From Nitrosopumilaceae archaeon (GTDB lineage Archaea; Thermoproteota; Nitrososphaeria; Nitrososphaerales; Nitrosopumilaceae), in contig OZ242365.1 in assembly GCA_965208905.1 (NCBI GenBank), positions 1,888,001 to 1,952,000 on the forward strand: a stretch of 64,000 nucleotides of DNA. The letters are read 5' to 3'. The notes below the pieces were generated by a model, which worked only from the letters and a program-made list of their open reading frames with translations, was not told where the DNA came from and did no database searches. The position numbers and the translations under genes are program-made. Of the stretch, positions 29,357 to 39,790 are shown piece after piece (position 1 is the first letter of the stretch; every line of letters begins with the position of its first letter).

Positions 29357-32300
29357 CTATGATCCATCGCGTAATATTCTGACTGCTTCGACGTGCGAGC
29401 ATGTTGGTATAGTTCCTGGGTTACGTCTGGATGAACTTCGGAACCCCCTGCATGTACAGCGCATATTGGATACCGTGTAAGACTGGCCCGGCCTGCTGTT
29501 GGATTTCACCTCATAGGTACCGTTGGGATTGCGTATGATGCCATCTGCTGCCAGTGACCGTGCCTTCCTGTACATATCGTCACTTACTACAGGTGGTGCC
29601 AGACCGCAGTCTTGGCTCCCATCGTCACGATCCGCCGAACTAGGCGCCTCTTCAAGGTCTGGACCCACCTTGAAATCCTTATGGGGACATATTGTCTTAA
29701 AGTCGCATCCGCGACACTTGGACTCGTCTGGAGTAGGTTTGAAACTACGTTCCTTGATCATATTGACTTTTTCTATTATTCCCCTACGTGTCCCCTCCAG
29801 ATCCGCGGATCCTATGTCCACATCTTCGGTCCTTTCGGTGTCCAGGTAGTGAATGGTGGCCTTCTTGGGCAGGTATCCTAAGGCAGCCCGTACTGCATAC
29901 GCGTAGAATCTGACCTGCTCTCGGTGGTCCAGCTGGTAGTCGGCCCCCTTGTCGGTCTTGAAATCTATTATCTCCAGACTGCCCACCCTGCCGTTCCCGT
30001 CCAGCCTCTTGAGCAGATCTATACTGCCGGATATCAGCGCATCACCCAATGTAAACTCAAACCTCTTTTCGGTCTCAAGTATCCTTTCAAAGTCAGTACC
30101 GTGGACCTTCACATAGTTTTCAACCACCCGTATACCTGCCTTCCTCATGTTCTCGCTTTGTGTCCCCGGCGCAAAACGCATGTAGAACATCTTATCAAAC
30201 ATGCCTGCTATCTCGCCTCCAGTAGGAATGTGCCCGTTGCGTATGTAGTCCGAGTGTATCTTGTTAAGTATGTTGTGGATGTTGGTACCGTAGCCGAAGG
30301 CTGGGGGTACGCCGGCGTTGAACCCAATGTCATGTCTGAGCCGGTAATCATACGGACACCTTTCGTATAGTGAAAGTTCGCTGAACGATGACGGTATGGT
30401 TCCGACATGTACGGGCGGAATGGAGGCTGATGCCGATGGCAGTCTGATTTTCACGGTATCGGAAAACTCGTCCCCATCCATCTCGGCGGCAAAGCGTCGT
30501 GGGGCATACGGCTTTGTCCTAGTTTGGCCTACCTCGTGGCGGGCGGAACCTGTTATGAACAGGTACTTCTGTGAGCGCGTGACAGCCACGTAGCACGCCC
30601 GCCGATCATCCTCCTCGTCCCCACCATACCTTGCACTGTCATAGAGGTGATTGTCGACAAATATCCCTTGTGGGTATGGCCTGCGTCTTTCCTCAAACGA
30701 CGGCATGAATACTGCGGGAAACTCCAGACCCTTGGCCTTCCATATGGTCATTATCCTTACCGCGTCTGCCAGCCCGGGATCAGCATGTAACGTGTCGCCG
30801 TAGTTGGAATCGGCAAACATCCTGACGAACCATTTCAGACCTGCCACCTCCCTCGCCCTCAGGGACCTGTACACGTATTCATAGTCACCTATGACCCTAC
30901 TCAGGACGGCCAGACCATACAGGTCCATTTCGGAAAGCCTACCTGCCTCCGCCCCCATGATATTCAGTATGTGGTGGTAGAACTCCTGCAGTCCCAGTCC
31001 ACCTAGATAGTCCCGGCTCCCACCGGCCGATATGGCTGCCGCCCTTTGCCTAACATGCTCCAGATTGATGGCAAAGGCTTCTACGTCCCCTTTTGCTACC
31101 GCCATCCCGTATCGCCTCACAAGATCCTCAGGATCCGGAACATCATCAATGTTATATCCGTTGTGGCCGAATGCATAGAATATGCAGTCCAGCGCCAGCA
31201 CCACTATGTCGCTCCCGAATACGCTGGTACCACTGTCCGCAACGTAGGGTATGTCGTGTTCGGCGAGATACCCGGCCACACTGGCGGCATCGCCGTTGGT
31301 ACGTACTATTATGGCCATGTCTGCATAGGACAGGCGGCGCTCCCGACCATCCCTGTCCGAAAATGTAGCATGATGAAGTCCGTTAATCGTACTGACGATG
31401 AAGTCGAACTCTTCTGTATCCGTGTCGAAGTGACGGTGTACAATATCGCCCGACTCGAAGTGGTTTCTCCTCCCTGTATTGGCATCCATCATCTTTGGGA
31501 TGCGTATCGTATTGTTTCTAATCAGGCGGGATGCTACGTTTATCAATCCACCCGTGGCCCTGTAATTTACCTCCAGCTTCTTGGTTGTAACACCGTATCC
31601 GGAGTACTTCTTGTCAAAAGCCCGTATGTGGTGTATACTACTGCCCCTCCACTGGAATATGTTCTGGTCGTCATCACCTACCACGCAGACAGACACTGCT
31701 CCCTCCGAGAGAGCCTCCAGAAGGTCCTCCTGCAGTCCGTTTACGTCCTGATATTCGTCAAACACTACATGCCGTACATGCTCCCTGACGTACCTACGGA
31801 CTTCGTCCTGTTTCATGACCTCCAGCAGTGTAGATATTGTTGAGGCAAAATCAAAGAACCTTTCATCCCTGATCTTTTCTAGATATCTTTCATAACAGCC
31901 GGCAAATACCTTGTTTGATACCTTTGATACGTCCACCTTTTCTGTGATCATAATATCTACACTGGAACAGAATTTTCTGATGGTCCTCCACTTTCCACTG
32001 CCACCCTGCAAATCACGAAGGCCGATTTCATGATACCACCTGTCTACAAACGCGGTGCGTCTGTTGGCATCAAGCACCTCAAACGACTTGTATTCGGGAC
32101 ATACCTGCTTGAGCATCTGGAGGCAGAACGAGTCGATCGTCCCCACATACATGTCGCCAAAGTCTGATTTTTTTGGATACTCCGCCTTCAGTATCCTGCG
32201 GATTCTCAGCTTGAGCTCGCTGGCGGCCTTCTCGGTAAACGTAACGGCCACGATTTCAGATGGCTTTTCACCCTTCCCTACAAGCTCGGCCACCCTCCGG

Positions 32301-32404
32301 CTTACGGTCTCGGTTTTGCCGGCACCGGGACAGGCAATTATCCTTAGGTGTCCGCAGTGATGCCCTATGATATCCTTCTGTGCCTTGGAAAGTTCCAGTT
32401 TCAC
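29357..32404 (-). CDS. UvrD/Rep-like SF1 helicase fused to a PD-(D/E)XK nuclease and a C-terminal SWIM finger
   Basis: ACPGAGKT, DEYQD, VGDDDQ.IF.WRG, KAKGLEF, YVAVTR; CPY..GSID..IIDFKT..C..CDF..IC; CTC..CSH. Start reassigned to GTG 32404 because the longer ORF begins inside the IS630 end. Confidence 0.92.
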   Translation of the reverse strand: MKLELSKAQKDIIGHHCGHLRIIACPGAGKTETVSRRVAELVGKGEKPSEIVAVTFTEKAASELKLRIRRILKAEYPKKSDFGDMYVGTIDSFCLQMLKQVCPEYKSFEVLDANRRTAFVDRWYHEIGLRDLQGGSGKWRTIRKFCSSVDIMITEKVDVSKVSNKVFAGCYERYLEKIRDERFFDFASTISTLLEVMKQDEVRRYVREHVRHVVFDEYQDVNGLQEDLLEALSEGAVSVCVVGDDDQNIFQWRGSSIHHIRAFDKKYSGYGVTTKKLEVNYRATGGLINVASRLIRNNTIRIPKMMDANTGRRNHFESGDIVHRHFDTDTEEFDFIVSTINGLHHATFSDRDGRERRLSYADMAIIVRTNGDAASVAGYLAEHDIPYVADSGTSVFGSDIVVLALDCIFYAFGHNGYNIDDVPDPEDLVRRYGMAVAKGDVEAFAINLEHVRQRAAAISAGGSRDYLGGLGLQEFYHHILNIMGAEAGRLSEMDLYGLAVLSRVIGDYEYVYRSLRAREVAGLKWFVRMFADSNYGDTLHADPGLADAVRIMTIWKAKGLEFPAVFMPSFEERRRPYPQGIFVDNHLYDSARYGGDEEDDRRACYVAVTRSQKYLFITGSARHEVGQTRTKPYAPRRFAAEMDGDEFSDTVKIRLPSASASIPPVHVGTIPSSFSELSLYERCPYDYRLRHDIGFNAGVPPAFGYGTNIHNILNKIHSDYIRNGHIPTGGEIAGMFDKMFYMRFAPGTQSENMRKAGIRVVENYVKVHGTDFERILETEKRFEFTLGDALISGSIDLLKRLDGNGRVGSLEIIDFKTDKGADYQLDHREQVRFYAYAVRAALGYLPKKATIHYLDTERTEDVDIGSADLEGTRRGIIEKVNMIKERSFKPTPDESKCRGCDFKTICPHKDFKVGPDLEEAPSSADRDDGSQDCGLAPPVVSDDMYRKARSLAADGIIRNPNGTYEVKSNSRPGQSYTVSNMRCTCRGFRSSSRRNPGTIPTCSHVEAVRILRDGS

Positions 32405-32456
32405 AGTGTTAGTTTTTTGTATGTGGTAAAAAACAAAGCGATAACAGATAGACCTA

Positions 32457-33559
32457 TAGTTGGGAGCATAAATAATCCTACATTCTATTAAAGACATAAA
32501 TGATCAAAACCATTAACTAATTATATGAATGACCAAACCGAAGCTCAAAAAATAAAAACGGCCCTAAAACAGACTAAGAGTGCAACACAGCACGCCCGTA
32601 TCGTAGCCGTAAACATGGTGCGCATTAAAGGACATGCCGTCTCCTTGGCAGCGGATGTGCTTGGTGTCGATCGTAGTACCATATATGATTGGCTTGATGC
32701 CTACGACCATAAAGGCCTAGATGGCCTCGCCGATGGTGCGAGGCATGGCTGTCCACCTTTCGTACCGCGCCACACATTAGAGAACATAATTAACGGTGCT
32801 AAGCAATTCACCGCCTACGGATTTGTTAAATTGGTTGAAAAAAAGACCGGCATAAAATACAGCGAATCGCAAGCGCGCCGTATCCTTAAGTCTCTTGGCT
32901 TTACGGAAGACTCCCCGAATATCCGACCGAATTCCACCAAGGAGAGATCTCGAAATCTGGCAGAAAGATACCACAAATGAGATAGAAATACTGAAAAAAG
33001 ACGGATTTACGCCTATAATGTATAATGAAAGCCACCAAAATTTGAGCATGTTTGGCAGCGGCGCAGTCTATACACGTGATGATGCCATACCGGTACAAAC
33101 GCCACTTGGCAACCAGCGCCAGATCATATACGGCGGCATCACGCTAGACGGGTAGACATGCTATATGGCCGCTAGCAAGGCCAACGACAGGTCCTTTATC
33201 AGGTATTTGAATAAGACGAAAAAACGGTTCGGCAAGGTTGCCATAATATTGGATAATGCCGCATATCACAACTCTAACCGCGTAAAGCGATACTTGAGAA
33301 AGAATAGTGATTTCGTCAAACTGATATTCTTGCCTCCGTACTCGCCGTTTTTGAATCCGGCCGAATGGTTGTGGCTCAACGGCAAGGCAAGGAGACGACG
33401 AACTTTCAAGCGGCCGACCAAAAGATATTTCCGAAGAAAAATCATGCTGATATACGAGTCACTGGAAATAAAGTTTGAGCCACACAACACTCTGATCAGA
33501 AATTTGGACAAAATCCTATCGGTGTAAAACTGGTGTCGGGTTATTTATGCACCTAACTA
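32457..33559 (+). mobile_element. IS630-family element, degenerate
   Basis: TIRs TAGTTGGGAGCATAAATAATCCTACA / TAGTTAGGTGCATAAATAACCCGACA. Confidence 0.85.
32525..33527 (+). pseudogene. IS630 transposase (frameshift near 32900, TAG at 33153, first catalytic Asp appears as Asn)
   Basis: HTH region, YNES, ILDNAAYH, LPPYSPFLNPAEWLW. Confidence 0.88.
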
Positions 33560-33734
33560 AATTCTAATAAATATACCAAACGAATTAGATCGTTACCCCC
33601 AAAATGCCGATATTTGGGTTGACCTAGCGTCTATTTTATACTTAATACCCTAAAACTATGGACGAACATTGTAGATGCGAATTTCGTCTGTCAGTTATGA
33701 CAAACGCGCTATTTGGTGTGGTGGTGTGTAAACC

Positions 33735-33923
33735 CTAGGCGGGTGGCTCTTTTGTCGAGAGTGGTTTTTCTATGATACATATTACATTTCTTTTCAAAAC
33801 CACTCTGGTGCCACGATGACTTATGGTTTTACGAATAATCCGCGGCTTGCCAAGCTCCCGACATGTACAGACAATTCTTTCACCTCTCAGCGTATCGCCA
33901 AGTTCGGTATATACGTTCGGCAT
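33735..33923 (-). CDS. Small hypothetical protein
   Basis: Start overlaps the stop of the upstream gene. Confidence 0.4.
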   Translation of the reverse strand: MPNVYTELGDTLRGERIVCTCRELGKPRIIRKTISHRGTRVVLKRNVICIIEKPLSTKEPPA

Positions 33924-34387
33924 TACTCTTCGTCTTTTATTCTCCCCTCGCTACGCAGAATGTCTATTGCTTTTACAACCGCATCGTAATCTAAACCATA
34001 TTTGTCTGCAATATCGCTGGGATAGAACACTTTTCCAGTTTCATAATTTTCGAGAATTAGGTCCCTAATATCTCTGGAGGACATGTCTTGGTTATCTAGG
34101 TCCGTCCCCTCAACCACAATATCCTTCAAAACTCTTTCTAAATTTCTTTGACTATGAATCAACCAATCAACCTTCTCGTGCAACATATCTACTTTTTTTC
34201 TAAGATCCTGCAAATTTTCAGATTCGGTATAGCGTCCCAGAACCCTTACAGACTTCATTTGCGAATATATGCGCCCTCCCTTGTCTATCGGTTCTAACCC
34301 CAATTCATATGATATAAAACCCACACTAGCCGCACTCCGAGTTAATTCGATATTTGGTGTACTAGATTGAGTTACATTAGCAGTCAT
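33923..34387 (-). CDS. Coiled-coil plus C-terminal winged-HTH protein
   Basis: FYPSDIADKYGLDYDAVVKAIDILRSEGRI. Confidence 0.65.
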   Translation of the reverse strand: MTANVTQSSTPNIELTRSAASVGFISYELGLEPIDKGGRIYSQMKSVRVLGRYTESENLQDLRKKVDMLHEKVDWLIHSQRNLERVLKDIVVEGTDLDNQDMSSRDIRDLILENYETGKVFYPSDIADKYGLDYDAVVKAIDILRSEGRIKDEE

Positions 34388-34779
34388 CTTCTCACACTAT
34401 CTACCTTTGAGCGTTGTGGGTATTTGAACTCTGCGTCAATCTGAAAGGCAGTTATTTCATATCTAATAGTCTGCAAAACGGTACAAACCGATTGTTGATT
34501 CTTATATGCGTCAACTAACTCAGCCACGTGCGTCCTTAACTTGTCAGTAAGTAAGTCTAAATCCTGTTCTGGTATGACAAGTAAGTGTTGGATTCGTCCA
34601 GTTTGTATGCAGGCCGCTTCTACTACCTCGCCAATAAACACCTCTTTGCTAGACTCAAGTTGATAGGCCAACCTGATGAGATCAGTTGATGCTCTAGCCG
34701 CCACATCGTATTTACCACTCTCCAAGGCGTTTGCTACCTTTATCACTCCTGCGCATAGCACATCGCTTGGTGATTTCAT
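34384..34779 (-). CDS. Helical hypothetical protein
   Basis: 131-aa ORF, ATGA-coupled to the next gene. Confidence 0.55.
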   Translation of the reverse strand: MKSPSDVLCAGVIKVANALESGKYDVAARASTDLIRLAYQLESSKEVFIGEVVEAACIQTGRIQHLLVIPEQDLDLLTDKLRTHVAELVDAYKNQQSVCTVLQTIRYEITAFQIDAEFKYPQRSKVDSVRR

Positions 34780-35257
34780 ACTATTTGTTCAACAAGATTG
34801 CATATATTTATAACTGTTTTTTGGTTTGCAAGCAAACATTGGTGATTCAAAATGCTCAAAAATACACATATTCGGCCCCTGCTCTTGGTAGACGAAAATC
34901 AACAAAATATGGTCACATTTAATACTAGAAACTAACGTGATCAAGCGTGCGTACCGCAAATTCATATTAATCCGCTTTAATCTTGAACGGATCAGCATAT
35001 AATCGTGTAGTACGTCCATTTGTGCCCAAATTGTTCATGGTAGAACTAGGTAAGCACCACTTTTATACACATATATTTATCTTAATATACCAAATGATGG
35101 TGCTATTAGGAGAGTTATTTTGGCTATACAATTTAGGTTTACCTAAAAGCTTTTCTGGTATTGATACATATGAGATGCAGATTAAAAATTGGGTTTCGCA
35201 GTTATTAGGTATCAAAACATTGTCTGAATTACACAAGTACCTGTCGGTGAAGTTTAG

Positions 35258-36235
35258 TTGAAAGGGCCACTTGTAACTCATACGGACATACGTTACTTTG
35301 CTGAGTCACACATTAACCTTTCATCTAGTTTAGTCTACAAGTATAGAACACAGGTGAACAATCTTCGTGTTGAGCTTGAACGACATATTAAAAAAAATCC
35401 CGAGTTTGGATTGGTAAAAATGATACATGCTGGAAGCGTTGCTAAAGGAACTGCCCTGAAAACCATCAATGATCTTGATGTTGCCGTATACATGAGGAAG
35501 AGACATAACCTTGTCAATGAAAGCAAAGTGGTTCCATTGGTGGAGAATCTCCTTTGTGATGCATATCCGCAGAAAGAACGAGATGATTTTCAAAGCTCAC
35601 CCCGAAGTGTTAGAATTCATTTTAGAGGAAGCGGTCTGGATGTAGATGTTGTGCCGGTATTATATTATAATGACAAGTACGACTTTGGGTATTTGATAGA
35701 TAAGTATACTGGTGAGAAACTTCTTACCAACATCCCTTGTCATCTTCAGTTTATACGCCAACGAAAAAAATCTAATCCTGAACATTTTGCCCAGGTGATA
35801 AGACTAGTCAAGTGGTGGGCATACCAACGAAAAATGGAGAAATCTACATTCAAATGCAAGTCATTCCTGCTGGAACTACTCGTTGCTCATCTGGTAGATT
35901 CTGGTATGAGATTGGACGACTATCCACAGGCTCTTGAAGAGTTCTTTAGCTATATAGTAAAGACTGGACTTGAGAAGCGTGTAACATTCGTCAATGATCA
36001 TAACACTAACGCATTTCCAGAATATACGGGGGATGCCATTGAGGTATTTGATCCGGTCAACCCACAAAACAATGTTACCAAAAGTTACTCCATTTTTGAT
36101 CGTAACGCACTTGTCGAAACCGCAGAAGACGCAGCAGATGCCATACGGGAGGCACACTATGCCACCACCAAAGAACGAGCAGTAAAATCATGGCAAGTCG
36201 TCCTTGGACCAACTTTTAGAGGCAAACGACCATGA
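35258..36235 (+). CDS. cdnC: CBASS CD-NTase (CdnC-like)
   Basis: GSVAKGTALKTINDLDVAVY, LDVDVVP, IRLVKWW, DPVNP.NNV; resembles E. coli CdnC as recalled. Confidence 0.92.
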   Translation: MKGPLVTHTDIRYFAESHINLSSSLVYKYRTQVNNLRVELERHIKKNPEFGLVKMIHAGSVAKGTALKTINDLDVAVYMRKRHNLVNESKVVPLVENLLCDAYPQKERDDFQSSPRSVRIHFRGSGLDVDVVPVLYYNDKYDFGYLIDKYTGEKLLTNIPCHLQFIRQRKKSNPEHFAQVIRLVKWWAYQRKMEKSTFKCKSFLLELLVAHLVDSGMRLDDYPQALEEFFSYIVKTGLEKRVTFVNDHNTNAFPEYTGDAIEVFDPVNPQNNVTKSYSIFDRNALVETAEDAADAIREAHYATTKERAVKSWQVVLGPTFRGKRP

Positions 36236-36735
36236 CTTACTCTTTTACGACAAGTACCACATTTACCAGAACTAATGCAGAGTATATTGCTTCCAAAGTT
36301 ATGGCAGACCTTCGAGGCATGAAAGACTACTATGGGCAACCAAACGAATCATCTATACGGGCATACTATGAGGAGATGGTCGAGCTCTTGGTGGAAGGCT
36401 GTATGAAAAGTATGGAATATGGGTTTCGGAGAAATGGTCGGAGGGTAGTTACGCTATATTATGAGGTTCATCTAGATGGCTTATTTCCAGATGTAAAATC
36501 TGGCGGTGTCTATCCGCGGGCTGATATCTCTGGTGCAGAATGGTTCTCGTTTTTGACTTATAGCCACAAATGGTACTTGTTGACAGAGTCAGCTCAACAA
36601 CGTATTAAAGCGCGACTACCCTTCAAACGCACCTCAGGACCCAACGTGCAAAATGGGAATGGTTATTGGGTTGACGATAAAAGTTACTCTTCCAAAGATG
36701 TTGGTGTCAAACGGCGGACATTTCGTCCTGTATAG
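36232..36735 (+). CDS. cap7: CBASS HORMA protein
   Basis: TFT.T.A.YIASKV.ADL....YYG.P, YGF, SFLTYS, LPFKR, DK.YS. Confidence 0.9.
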   Translation: MTYSFTTSTTFTRTNAEYIASKVMADLRGMKDYYGQPNESSIRAYYEEMVELLVEGCMKSMEYGFRRNGRRVVTLYYEVHLDGLFPDVKSGGVYPRADISGAEWFSFLTYSHKWYLLTESAQQRIKARLPFKRTSGPNVQNGNGYWVDDKSYSSKDVGVKRRTFRPV

Positions 36736-36745
36736 GTGTCGTTAC

Positions 36746-37684
36746 ATGGACTTGAACGATTTGTTTGATGTGGTCAAGCAAATGCCAGATCCGGATGCAT
36801 CTAGACAATTTGAGGATCTTGTTGGGTTAGATCATCTAAAGACAACCCTACTAAAAGAGGCCAGTCTTATTCTCATTCCGGATTTGTTAGAACAATGGAG
36901 CAAGGAAAAACACGATTTTGTTTTGCCGTGTGTGGAGCAATTTTATTGGCGTTCACCGTTGATGATATTCTCGGGGGATGTGGGTACCGGAAAGACGACA
37001 CTTGCCGACAGTTTGGGGGATGCTATAGCCCGACGGGAGCAAGTTGGAGTAACTCTTCTCCGTTTGAGTTTGATAACCCGCGGAAAAGGGGCCGTAGGCC
37101 AGATGACTCATCTGATATCACAAGCGTTTAAGGAAGTAGCCGACTTGGCTCGGACATATTCACAGCCAAACGGAAAGCCCACTTCAGTGGTTGTTTTTGT
37201 GATTGATGAAGCCGACGCGCTTGCCGAATCCAGGGACACTGAGCAGATGCACCATGAGGATCGTGCCGGAGTTAACTCACTTATTAGAGGTATTGACCAA
37301 CTGGCGCAAGAGCGCTTGCCAACTTTGGTGATAATGTGTACCAATCGCCAAGAGTCGCTTGATCCGGCAGTCATGCGCCGCGCAGCAATTCACCATAAAT
37401 TTAAACGGCCAAATATGACACAAAGAGAGATGTTGTTCCGCAGGGCTTTTGACAACATCTTCAAAGATGAGCAGTACCACAAACTAGCTCAACTAACAGG
37501 TTCTAAAGCGCAAGACCGCGACTACGGCTACTCTTTTTCTGATATTGCTCAGCGCCTCATACCGAATGTAATAATTGAAGCGTTTCCAGATAAAAAAGTT
37601 AGTTTTGATCTAGTGCTTGAGGTACTTGATCAGATGGAACCGACCCGCCCTTTTGGTTCTGTGTATGATGAACAAAAGATATGA
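36746..37684 (+). CDS. cap6: CBASS TRIP13/Pch2-like AAA+ ATPase
   Basis: GDVGTGKT, IDEADALA.SR...QMHHEDRAGVN, LDPAV.RRAA. Confidence 0.92.
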   Translation: MDLNDLFDVVKQMPDPDASRQFEDLVGLDHLKTTLLKEASLILIPDLLEQWSKEKHDFVLPCVEQFYWRSPLMIFSGDVGTGKTTLADSLGDAIARREQVGVTLLRLSLITRGKGAVGQMTHLISQAFKEVADLARTYSQPNGKPTSVVVFVIDEADALAESRDTEQMHHEDRAGVNSLIRGIDQLAQERLPTLVIMCTNRQESLDPAVMRRAAIHHKFKRPNMTQREMLFRRAFDNIFKDEQYHKLAQLTGSKAQDRDYGYSFSDIAQRLIPNVIIEAFPDKKVSFDLVLEVLDQMEPTRPFGSVYDEQKI

Positions 37685-39132
37685 CCTCCAGACTGAGTCC
37701 TAGCAGTGCTCGAATCAGAGGAGACGACTATCAACACCTGTTAGCTTGGATTCAGGTGGTAAAAGCAATTTGTGGTGTGGATAAAATAACCAAAATAGGA
37801 ATTGAGGATCCCAAAGCAGCAAATGCTGATGATATTACCGTATACATGAAAAATGGAGAACGTCAATATTATCAGGTAAAGTATTCAGTCGATGCGCGTG
37901 AAACCATTGGAATACAATGGCTCATGACAACCAAGCCTGGTAGGCAGAGCATGCTACAACGATTCTATAGTTTGTGGTCAGGCGAGCCTGACGAGCGCAA
38001 GCCAAAGATAGTTTTGGTAACTAATAAACCTATTGTGGATAGTAGGGATTTGTTGGTGAGTCGAGACGGCTCTGACGGTACCATTGCGCGTGCATTACAA
38101 AATAAACATTCACAATCAGGGATTGATCGCATTCGTTGTAATATTGCTAAACATCTTAAAATTAGCGAAGAGGATGTAGTGTCGTTTTTTAAAGACATTA
38201 ATTTCCAGATTGGAATACCTGATGTTGACTGGAGAGGTATAGCAAAAGAGCATATGTGTGCGGCGGGCCTTTATTACGATGAGGATGCGGTAAATAAAGG
38301 CGTGGCAATTGTACGAGATTGGGTAAAGCAAGGCAAAAGGGAAATATTTTTGTCCGAGATGCAAAAAGTGGTTGAGTCGCTAAAACAATCTGATGAGTCA
38401 TATACGGCCTCAATTCTTATACAGATGATTGATCACACCCCAAGTCAGGAATCGGATGCAATTGTCTTTGACTGGGTTGATTTGTTCCCGGGCGATAAGC
38501 CGGGAGTTAGGCATTGGCCACAGGACTCTGCACTGTGGAATAACAAGTTTTTGCCTGATCTCTGGAAAGCTGCAGAGAAACTACGACAACAAGGACATAC
38601 GCACATTCGGGTACGGGGAGAGATGCGCTTGCCTACTTGGTTTGCCGTGGGCTCTCAAATGCGCAAGACGGCCAGATTTGTGGTTTCATCAAGCCAAAAC
38701 GGGGATGTGTGGTCTTCAATAGGACAAGTTACTCAACCTGCTTTCACGTGTGATACTACTATTCTGGGATCTGGTAAAGATTTTGCCGTGGGAATGTCCT
38801 TGTCCTTTGACCTGTCGATAGATGTGTTGGAATGCCTTCGCGACCAACAAATCAATGTTGGTAAGTACTTTCATATTAGTGCTACAAAAGGCATAAACAA
38901 TCAGTCGGTTGGTGATGCTACAGAGGCCCGAGGTTGGGCCTATCAAATACGTGACTCTATACGTCACTTGGTTCAGGAAAACAGGCCGGACAAAATACAC
39001 CTCTTCTTAGCAGCCCCTGCTGGCATGGTGCTTTTGTTGGGACACTTATGGGATCAAATGCCATATACGCAAGTATATGAGTATCTTGGTCCGTCTAAAA
39101 GATATGCTCCCTCATATGTAATTTCAGGATGA
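37681..39132 (+). CDS. cap4: CBASS effector: PD-(D/E)XK (DUF4297-like) endonuclease plus SAVED
   Basis: GDDYQ, E...ADDI..YYQVK; C-terminal IHLFLAAP....LLG. Confidence 0.85.
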   Translation: MTSRLSPSSARIRGDDYQHLLAWIQVVKAICGVDKITKIGIEDPKAANADDITVYMKNGERQYYQVKYSVDARETIGIQWLMTTKPGRQSMLQRFYSLWSGEPDERKPKIVLVTNKPIVDSRDLLVSRDGSDGTIARALQNKHSQSGIDRIRCNIAKHLKISEEDVVSFFKDINFQIGIPDVDWRGIAKEHMCAAGLYYDEDAVNKGVAIVRDWVKQGKREIFLSEMQKVVESLKQSDESYTASILIQMIDHTPSQESDAIVFDWVDLFPGDKPGVRHWPQDSALWNNKFLPDLWKAAEKLRQQGHTHIRVRGEMRLPTWFAVGSQMRKTARFVVSSSQNGDVWSSIGQVTQPAFTCDTTILGSGKDFAVGMSLSFDLSIDVLECLRDQQINVGKYFHISATKGINNQSVGDATEARGWAYQIRDSIRHLVQENRPDKIHLFLAAPAGMVLLLGHLWDQMPYTQVYEYLGPSKRYAPSYVISG

Positions 39133-39271
39133 ATTTAATATGAAGGGATAGTTCAATACTTCTCTTGTTGGCTATCCCGCAGGTGAAATTATGTAGTCAA
39201 TGTCTAGATTCCGGGAAAACCTTGTCCAAAAAGTCTATGTCTGATTATTCATATCTCTGTTTTGGAGACAC

Positions 39272-39523
39272 CTAAACCGGCAGGAACGCGCATACTTGGC
39301 GCCAGATTACACCCCTAATGCCTAGTTGTGCGGAATCGCAGTCTTTCATGTCAGTCAGGCTGAACGCCAATATGAGACGAGTATCTAAATCCACCAGAAT
39401 GTGTAGGTTGAAGAACCCTCTTGTAATTTTCCACTGTACGCGTATCCACTCGCTCCTATTGCCCAGCTTTATTTCAGTATAGTCGGGAACCAGTCTTATG
39501 ATGCCGTCTTTGGTAGGCTGCAA
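39272..39523 (-). pseudogene. IS5-family transposase fragment
   Basis: D.T.IK..NR.EW....W...RGF..LHI.VD. Confidence 0.7.
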
Positions 39524-39688
39524 GGTATTATCCTTTTCAAACTAGGACATTGTTCTGTCATCTATATCATATGGCAGAATAGATAGGGGCCTACTCGTCT
39601 CCACAGATTGTTTTCAGGTATATTGCTAGAGGAGACCTGACATGTGAAGGAAGAGAATAGGGACCTGCATGAACGAATCATCATACTA

Positions 39689-39790
39689 TACTAGCGGACA
39701 ATAGGATCCGATAGTTTATCAGGCAAAGGGTAGCTCCCGTGTGGTATCTGTCAAGTCCTATGGTTTCAGTGCGGTCAGACGTACGGGAAG
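39689..39790. mobile_element. Isolated left end of the 2500-2725 MITE family
   Basis: TA-CTAGCGGACAATAGGATCCGATAG...GTGCGGTCAG, similar to 2500-2600. Confidence 0.8.

Noticed and set aside
32880-32920. Programmed -1 frameshift in IS630
   Set aside because: No clear slippery run is visible, and the element also has an in-frame TAG and a D-to-N change, so decay is more likely
17035-39790. MITE ends at 17.1 and 39.7 kb as a composite transposon around the defence island
   Set aside because: The ends face away from the island (right end first, left end second)
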